A stretch of DNA of 32,000 nt from Candidatus Lokiarchaeum ossiferum (lineage in GTDB: Archaea > Asgardarchaeota > Lokiarchaeia > Sigyniarchaeales > Promethearchaeaceae): the NCBI GenBank assembly GCA_025839675.1, contig CP104013.1:1140001-1172000 (forward strand), in the 5' to 3' direction. Made by a program: the position numbers and the translations under genes. Shown here piece by piece: positions 26,441 through 32,000 of this stretch. Position 1 is the first letter of the stretch; each line of letters starts with the position of its first letter. The notes beneath the pieces are model-generated. The model was given only the letters and a program-made list of their open reading frames with translations, made no database searches and had not been told where the DNA came from.

Positions 26441-27361
26441 ATGACATCTTTCACAACTCCTACCATATCTGGAGCTTGGAAGCACATGTATAATCCAAAT
26501 CAATCCAAATTTACTCAACGATTCAATTGGATTAACCGAAATCGGTGGTATACGAATGATCACACCTTAGTAAAAACAAGTGATGGAATCTGGCACGGAT
26601 ATGGAATCATCGGGTTTCGCATTTTTAAGCAAGCTTTTGCATGGATTATTGAGCAAAATTTATTTCATATCTCTTCCCCGACCTTATATTCGGATTCGTG
26701 GATTGAACATGATTATGCCCTTGTTGCAAGTCGATCACAAGGAGAAAAATTCCTTTGGGCACCTCATGTGATTAATGTTGAAGATAGATTATATATGTTT
26801 TATTCTGTGGGAAATATTCGACCTTTTGCGAAGTTAGTTGCATCCCATGGAAATATTCATTTAGCCACTTCTACAGATGGAATAAATTGGATCCGTGATG
26901 AACGTAACCCGCAATTTAGTGGCCCCGGTCATGCAAGAGATACAATGCTATTGCAAATTAATGGAGAATACTACATCTATTATACTCAGACGGTGAATGA
27001 TAAGGATAAACATTCGTGCATTGCGGTGAGGAAAAGTAAAGATCTCAAACGGTGGTCCGGTCCAAAAATTGTTCAAATTCAACCTTGGAAACGATGGCAT
27101 TGGGCGGGAAATGCGGAAAGTCCCTTTGTGGTTCAAAAAGGAGAGATATTCTATTTATTTTCTTGTTTAGCCCAAGAATCCTATAATAGAACTGCCGTTT
27201 ATTGGTCTCAAGATCCAGAAAATTTCCCCCTATCAAATCATGTTTGCGATTTACCCACCCATGCATCAGAAATATTGTTTGATGAGAAAGAAGGGTGGTT
27301 TATCACCAATACGGGGTGGGATAAAAAGGGATTATACATTGCTCCACTATTATGGGATTAA
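26441..27361 (+). CDS. Five-bladed beta-propeller glycoside-hydrolase-like protein (GH43/GH32-superfamily-like), cytoplasmic
   Basis: 306-aa ORF with no signal peptide. Propeller-type recurring motifs: WAPHV...LYMFYS, STDGINW, ARDTMLL..NGEYYIYYT, SKDLKRW and AESPFVV.KGEIFYLF. Family assignment is tentative. Confidence 0.5.
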   Translation: MTSFTTPTISGAWKHMYNPNQSKFTQRFNWINRNRWYTNDHTLVKTSDGIWHGYGIIGFRIFKQAFAWIIEQNLFHISSPTLYSDSWIEHDYALVASRSQGEKFLWAPHVINVEDRLYMFYSVGNIRPFAKLVASHGNIHLATSTDGINWIRDERNPQFSGPGHARDTMLLQINGEYYIYYTQTVNDKDKHSCIAVRKSKDLKRWSGPKIVQIQPWKRWHWAGNAESPFVVQKGEIFYLFSCLAQESYNRTAVYWSQDPENFPLSNHVCDLPTHASEILFDEKEGWFITNTGWDKKGLYIAPLLWD

Positions 27362-27372
27362 AAAAAATTGAG

Positions 27373-27915
27373 TTACTCTAATAAAATCAAACCAAGATAG
27401 TAGAATTCTTTAGGCTGATCTTTCGAGGTCAAAATTTTTTGTTGTAACCCTAATTTTTCTAACGTTCCCAAGATGTCGATGCACAATGAACTAATAGAAG
27501 GACGTGCTTGCAAAGGTTTCGCACATTCTTGAGAAATGTGGCACAGATCACATTGATGACAATGTGTTGGAAAAACAGCTAAAGCGAAGCGTAAATTATT
27601 TAACATCGCTTTCCGCTCAATTTCGAGCAAAATCGATTGAGCATTAATTGGAGCACCGAAATCCTGATCAGGGACAAATCTTATTAATAGTGCATTAGAA
27701 TAATCTTTCAAATATTTAATGCATTGTACTGGAGATAAAGTATCATTGGGAGGACATTTTCGCTGAATTCCATAATTTTGGCATCCATACATACATTTCA
27801 ACCGCACTTTTGGAGTGATAATTAACTTGTCCATTGAAAAGAGGGTATAATCAAAACATTCTTCTGCAATCATTAGATTTTGTAAATACTGAGTTAATTC
27901 TGGAGGTAGATTCAT
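27373..27915 (-). CDS. DUF2284-like Cys-rich predicted metal-binding protein
   Basis: 180-aa ORF with CMYGCQNYGIQRKCPP (C41, C45, C54) and HCHQCDLCHISQEC (C119-x2-C122-x2-C125-x5-C131). Its start lies 2 nt after the cbiO stop. Confidence 0.7.
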   Translation of the reverse strand: MNLPPELTQYLQNLMIAEECFDYTLFSMDKLIITPKVRLKCMYGCQNYGIQRKCPPNDTLSPVQCIKYLKDYSNALLIRFVPDQDFGAPINAQSILLEIERKAMLNNLRFALAVFPTHCHQCDLCHISQECAKPLQARPSISSLCIDILGTLEKLGLQQKILTSKDQPKEFYYLGLILLE

Positions 27916-27917
27916 GA

Positions 27918-28811
27918 TTACTGTACCTTCTTCACATTATTTGCAATAAAGGCGATAAGTTCTTCTTCCTTCAATGGAACTTTTTCTTGGGGAGTCAGTT
28001 TTAAGTTTTCGACGAGTTGATAATAAAGCTTAGATACAATTGGTATTTCTAAATTTGCTTGTTGCAATATTTGAGGTTGTGCATATAAATCTCGTCTTGA
28101 ACCTTCAAATAATGTTTCACCTTGATTTAAAACAATAGTTTTTGAAAAGAAGAGCGGAATATGATCTATTTCATGACTGATGCATATTATTGTCTTGTTT
28201 CTCTTATTTAATTGATGCAATATGGAAATCAAATCTGATTTGCTTTTTGGATCGAGATTTGCAAAGGGTTCATCCAGAAGAAAAATATCAGGATCCATCG
28301 CATATATAGAAGCGAAAGCAATTTTCTTTTTCTCACCATAGCTTAAATGAAAAGTTTTCTTTTCCATCAAATTTTCCAGTTTCAATTCGGTAATTGTCTC
28401 TTCAATACGATTTTTGACTTGTTTTTCATTATAACCAAGATTAACCAAACCAAATTCTAACTCTTGATGAACAGTAGGGAGAAAGAGCTGGTCATTTGGA
28501 TTTTGGAACATAATTCCGACCTTCCTGCGAATATATCGTTGATTTTTAGAGTTTACTTCCATATTTTCGACTAATATTTGTCCTTCGAACCGTGCTAATA
28601 GATTCAGTATGCATAGTAAAAGTGTGGATTTTCCTGATCCATTCGCCCCCATAACAACCACGCTTTCCCCTTTCTGAATCGATAAAGATAAATTTTTAAG
28701 AATAACTTGCCCTGGAATAAAACTGAAGGTTAAATTTTTGATCTCGATTTGAGATGTGTTGGTTATTTCCTTTGAATATGGAGTTTGGGTACGATTTGTC
28801 ATAGTTTTCAC
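27918..28811 (-). CDS. cbiO: ECF-type transporter ATPase component (CbiO/EcfA-like)
   Basis: 297-aa ORF with Walker A GANGSGKST, Q-loop, signature LSYGEKKK, Walker B FLLDEPFANLD and H-loop ISHE. Confidence 0.9.
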   Translation of the reverse strand: MKTMTNRTQTPYSKEITNTSQIEIKNLTFSFIPGQVILKNLSLSIQKGESVVVMGANGSGKSTLLLCILNLLARFEGQILVENMEVNSKNQRYIRRKVGIMFQNPNDQLFLPTVHQELEFGLVNLGYNEKQVKNRIEETITELKLENLMEKKTFHLSYGEKKKIAFASIYAMDPDIFLLDEPFANLDPKSKSDLISILHQLNKRNKTIICISHEIDHIPLFFSKTIVLNQGETLFEGSRRDLYAQPQILQQANLEIPIVSKLYYQLVENLKLTPQEKVPLKEEELIAFIANNVKKVQ

Positions 28812-28812
28812 T

Positions 28813-29619
28813 TTAGATGAATATAATAAATAGAAGTAAGTTTAGAATAACAAAACTTCCAACGTATAAAATGGTTGGGGTTAATTTTGCTTTGTAAGAA
28901 ATATCAGGAATTTCCCCTGAGTATCCCCGGGCCATCATTGCTCGGTGAATTTTTGTTCCTCGTTGCATTGAGCGTAAAAGCAACATTGAAAAAATAGTCC
29001 CGATGTGATTAAACCGCTTTTTAAAGGGAAGTTTGGAAAATCGTCGACAATCATCTGCTCGTAAAATTTTAATAAGGTTTTCAAAAAAAAGGAAGAAATA
29101 GCGATAAGTCAGAACCATGATGGTTGTAATGATTTTGGGAAAATGCAATTGATGAAATACATGGATAATATGGATAAAAGGTGTTGAAAGTACAAGAAAA
29201 AGAATAACACTGACGTTGCACATGATGCGAAAGAAAAAATCACGTGCTCCAATCAAACCTAACTCTGAAACTGAAATAGTTAGTGAATGAATCTGAAAGC
29301 TCCATATAATAGATTCCTTTGTGATGAAAATGAGCGGAATTCCAACAATAATAGGATAAATTACACCTAATCCCAGTAACATCTTCAAATATCTTTTAAT
29401 ATTAATTTGAACCGCGATTGCAGCACTAAACAATAAGAGGATTAATCCAATCCATACTAAATAAGTGGTAATGAACTGATTTATAACAACTATCATGAAA
29501 ATGGAAATCAATAATTTAAAAAGAGGAAAGACAAAAAATGTGCGGGTGGATTGACTTTGTTCATATTCAGTCAATAAATAATCTTGAAAACTATTATTGA
29601 CCCGCGCTAAGAGACTCAT
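28813..29619 (-). CDS. cbiQ: ECF transporter transmembrane (T) component (CbiQ/EcfT-like)
   Basis: 268-aa polytopic membrane ORF with the C-terminal ARGY-type coupling motif (MMARGYSG). It ends 1 nt before the cbiO start. Confidence 0.8.
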   Translation of the reverse strand: MSLLARVNNSFQDYLLTEYEQSQSTRTFFVFPLFKLLISIFMIVVINQFITTYLVWIGLILLLFSAAIAVQINIKRYLKMLLGLGVIYPIIVGIPLIFITKESIIWSFQIHSLTISVSELGLIGARDFFFRIMCNVSVILFLVLSTPFIHIIHVFHQLHFPKIITTIMVLTYRYFFLFFENLIKILRADDCRRFSKLPFKKRFNHIGTIFSMLLLRSMQRGTKIHRAMMARGYSGEIPDISYKAKLTPTILYVGSFVILNLLLFIIFI

Positions 29620-29650
29620 TATATATAGGTTTAATAAGGGAAGAGATTCC

Positions 29651-30019
29651 TTAAACTTTTTGAACTATGTTGGTAGTTTGCATAGATGGTGATTTCTTCT
29701 TCTTATAGGTAATAATTTTTGTTAAAGTAAAGATAGCTACAAAGGTTAAGACAGAGCCAATTAAACCTACAATCCAAGTATGGAAATATCCATTCTCTGT
29801 ACCTATAAATTCGTAATCTGGAAGAGGAGCTCCGTCATACTCCATATTCGTGTCTGGTTCCCATTCATCATCTCCAACAATATCAAATAATGACTTTTCT
29901 AATCCATCAGGTCCAGCTAAAAAGATTGGGGACCATAAAAACGCTGCAAGTACAACCATGGTTATACCGAAAGTTATTAAGACAAATTTAGATTGTTTTT
30001 TCATGGTTATTAACTCCAA
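29651..30019 (-). CDS. PDGLE-domain small membrane protein (occupies the CbiN/NikN position of the Ni/Co ECF importer)
   Basis: 122-aa ORF with two TM helices flanking an acidic loop. The literal motif GPDGLEKS follows TM1. Its start overlaps the cbiM end by 10 nt. Confidence 0.65.
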   Translation of the reverse strand: MELITMKKQSKFVLITFGITMVVLAAFLWSPIFLAGPDGLEKSLFDIVGDDEWEPDTNMEYDGAPLPDYEFIGTENGYFHTWIVGLIGSVLTFVAIFTLTKIITYKKKKSPSMQTTNIVQKV

Positions 30020-30684
30020 ATGAGGGTTTCTTCAAAATTAGGTAAGTATTCGGGAGCATATTTGTGGAAAAAGGCAACAATGACTGTGGTTATCAACCCT
30101 TCTCCTAAAGCAATCAGTAGATGATATCCCAACATAGTCGGAACAGTATATTTCAATCCAAATGGAAAGGAACTGGACAATCCGACTTCGATACCACAAA
30201 TCGTTGCAGCTAAAACTACAGAAATATAAGCACCCACAAAAGTGGCAATGAGCAAATTTTGCGTATATTTTTTATCTTCTGTATTAGCTTTTGATTTTTT
30301 TCGAATAGACCAATACGCAAAATAACCAGGTAATGTGGCAATGCCCATGTTAAAGATATTGGCGCCAAGAGCAATTATTCCTCCATCAGCAAAAATAAAG
30401 GCTTGAATAATAAGAACCACAGAAATCATAATAAAAGCAGCTGATGGTGAAATTAAGATAGCCATCAGAATAAATCCAAGAAAATGGCCACTCGTCCCAG
30501 CAGCAATTGGGAAATTGAGCATTTGTAAAGCAAAGACCATTGCGGTGATAACAGAGATAATTGCAATTTGATCTTCCTTAATCGTTTTTTTTATTTTAAA
30601 TAAGGAAAGCGATCCATACCCAATCGTAACAATCCATAGGGGGATGACAATCCATAAATCCAACAAACCTTCTGGGATGTGCAT
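30010..30684 (-). CDS. cbiM: Ni/Co ECF importer substrate-capture component (CbiM/NikM family)
   Basis: Polytopic membrane ORF. I placed the start at the ATG at 30684 so the protein begins MHIPEG. That is the conserved N-terminus whose Met1/His2 bind the metal in this family. The ORF track instead starts 9 nt upstream at a GTG. Confidence 0.85.
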   Translation of the reverse strand: MHIPEGLLDLWIVIPLWIVTIGYGSLSLFKIKKTIKEDQIAIISVITAMVFALQMLNFPIAAGTSGHFLGFILMAILISPSAAFIMISVVLIIQAFIFADGGIIALGANIFNMGIATLPGYFAYWSIRKKSKANTEDKKYTQNLLIATFVGAYISVVLAATICGIEVGLSSSFPFGLKYTVPTMLGYHLLIALGEGLITTVIVAFFHKYAPEYLPNFEETLIWS

Positions 30685-30961
30685 AATAATCACAATTGAT
30701 ATTTTCAGTTGAGTAATACTGATTTATCAACAAATAATATTTGATCATATTCGTTTTAAAATTTTTCATATTGTAATTATAATTCAATTCCAATGATTCT
30801 GCTATTCATGAAAACTTAAGTTCATTATCCTTCTATGCCTCTTCAATTATATCTGAATAGTATTGAAAGACCGAATTATCCACTGAAAAACACTATTGTG
30901 GACAATCCAAGATGATAAATTAAATGAAGTTTTTTAAATAAATTACACAAACTATCAAGGG

Positions 30962-31771
30962 ATGACTTTAGATAAAAAAAAAGGAATTTCTGTAGATATT
31001 GTTATAATTCTAACAATTATGTTACTACTATTCTTCAGCTTCTTCATAGTGGATTGGGTAATATATTTTAAGGAGTTAGAAAATGTATATTATGCAGGTA
31101 TAGCTAAGCCTACATTAACATTTCTATGCTTTCTATTGGTTATTTATATCAAACCTATAGCTTTGGATAAAAAGGACTGGTTTCTTTTATTCTTTGCATT
31201 TTTATGCATGGTACCAACGGATATTCTGATGAGTATTTATGGATTAAGCCCAAATATAGCTGCAGATTCACCCCTATTTATGATAGGAGGAATTCTTTCT
31301 ATTGTTGCCCATGGAATATTTGCAATCCGTCATGGGAAAGGTTTTCCTTATTGGAAGAAATCACATGAATTTGTAACATTAGAGCAAAAATCAAGTGCCA
31401 AAAAATTTATTGATAAATTTTGGATAGGATTATCAATATTTGGAACAGGTATTATAATAGTAATAATATTGTGGACAGATATAGTTAGGATTGGACACAC
31501 AATTATTGCTCCAATTTATCTTGCATTTTTCTGTATGTCAACATGGATTTCTTGGGAAGCAGTGCGATATAAATTATATCCTAAAAAAAATGGCATATTA
31601 CTTGCAATAGGAATGACAGCTTGGTTTTTAACAGAAGTTGTTGGAGAAATTTATAACATTGGAATTGGAAATCCTTCCGAAATTGCATTCCGATTTGTGT
31701 GGGTATTTTATAGCACAACGATTATATGTTTGTCATTAAGTGGATTAGATTGGACTAAAAAAAGACAATAA
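30962..31771 (+). CDS. Polytopic integral membrane protein, possibly YhhN/lysoplasmalogenase-like
   Basis: 269-aa ORF with about 8 hydrophobic helices. It has weak resemblance to YhhN-family patterns (KPTLTF..., ...PTDILM). The functional call is speculative. Confidence 0.55.
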   Translation: MTLDKKKGISVDIVIILTIMLLLFFSFFIVDWVIYFKELENVYYAGIAKPTLTFLCFLLVIYIKPIALDKKDWFLLFFAFLCMVPTDILMSIYGLSPNIAADSPLFMIGGILSIVAHGIFAIRHGKGFPYWKKSHEFVTLEQKSSAKKFIDKFWIGLSIFGTGIIIVIILWTDIVRIGHTIIAPIYLAFFCMSTWISWEAVRYKLYPKKNGILLAIGMTAWFLTEVVGEIYNIGIGNPSEIAFRFVWVFYSTTIICLSLSGLDWTKKRQ

Positions 31772-31776
31772 TCACA

Positions 31777-31783
31777 TTTTTTT
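31777..31783 (+). terminator. T7 tract 6 nt after the stop of the membrane-protein gene
   Basis: The sequence taatcacaTTTTTTTata immediately follows the TAA at 31769-31771. Confidence 0.35.
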
Positions 31784-32000
31784 ATAATATTCCATCAAAT
31801 TTCTTCAAAATTGAGATTTTGATATTAGTTAATTGTTCTAATTCATATAACAATATATTAGATGCATGTAAAAATAATTAATGAGAATTCCTATGCAAGA
31901 ATGGCACAAAAACAACTATTGATATGAAGAAGAATCATCACTCTCAATTTTTAATTTTTTCTGTTAGCTTTTTAAACAACTTATTAACTGACTCTTTACT

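Noticed and set aside
30694-30961. Possible cobalamin or NiCo riboswitch, or a NikR-type operator, in the divergent region upstream of cbiM.
   Set aside because: No GC-rich conserved riboswitch core and no GTATGA-N16-TCATAC-like palindrome is present. There is only an imperfect 7/8 repeat (TTATCCAC / GTGGACAA). Such riboswitches are also essentially bacterial.
31944-32000. Minus-strand reading frame entering from the right window edge (...SKESVNKLFKKLTEKIKN, stop at 31944-31946), and a 9-codon plus-strand frame ending at nt 31 at the left edge.
   Set aside because: Only 18 and 9 codons are visible, too little to call a CDS or assign a product.
1-32000. Scan for tRNA/rRNA (GC-rich islands in AT-rich spacers), CRISPR-like regularly spaced repeats, long direct or terminal inverted repeats, and integrase/transposase genes that would mark the helicase-mre11-rad50 trio as a mobile island.
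   Set aside because: None found by eye. All spacers are short and uniformly AT-rich, and the neighbours are housekeeping genes. A computational repeat and tRNA scan would be needed to exclude them formally.

Overview
This is an AT-rich (about one-third G+C by eye), gene-dense chromosomal segment with about 26 credible CDS. I saw no rRNA, tRNA, CRISPR array, transposase or integrase. The organism is probably archaeal. The Mre11 N-terminus is nearly collinear with Pyrococcus-type Mre11, a Rad50-type SMC ATPase and a tungsten AOR-family enzyme are present, two type-I surface proteins are rich in N-x-S/T sequons, and TATA-like boxes sit 23-50 nt before several ATGs. An Asgard-like origin is possible but cannot be shown from this window. 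Most genes are housekeeping or metabolic: flavin-reductase-like protein, multi-PAS/GAF sensor, DUF2804 protein, EamA transporter, AOR translationally coupled to an atypical SDR, YegS-type lipid kinase, YigZ/IMPACT, YbaK-like deacylase, UppP, a GH43-like beta-propeller, and a CbiM-PDGLE-CbiQ-CbiO ECF Ni/Co importer operon ending in a Cys-rich DUF2284 gene. The main finding is a co-directional three-gene module at 17579..26416. It encodes a 1512-aa protein that fuses an N-terminal Cas4/AddB/Dna2-type Fe-S PD-(D/E)XK nuclease to a C-terminal Upf1/Dna2-like SF1B helicase across about 670 aa of uncharacterised sequence. Mre11 and a Rad50 with a non-canonical C-x6-C hook follow directly. No HerA or NurA gene, the usual archaeal partners of Mre11-Rad50, lies in the window. 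The module may be a Dna2-plus-MR type end-resection machine, or alternatively a nuclease-helicase/SbcCD-like defence module. All family calls come from motif recognition by eye; no searches were run.
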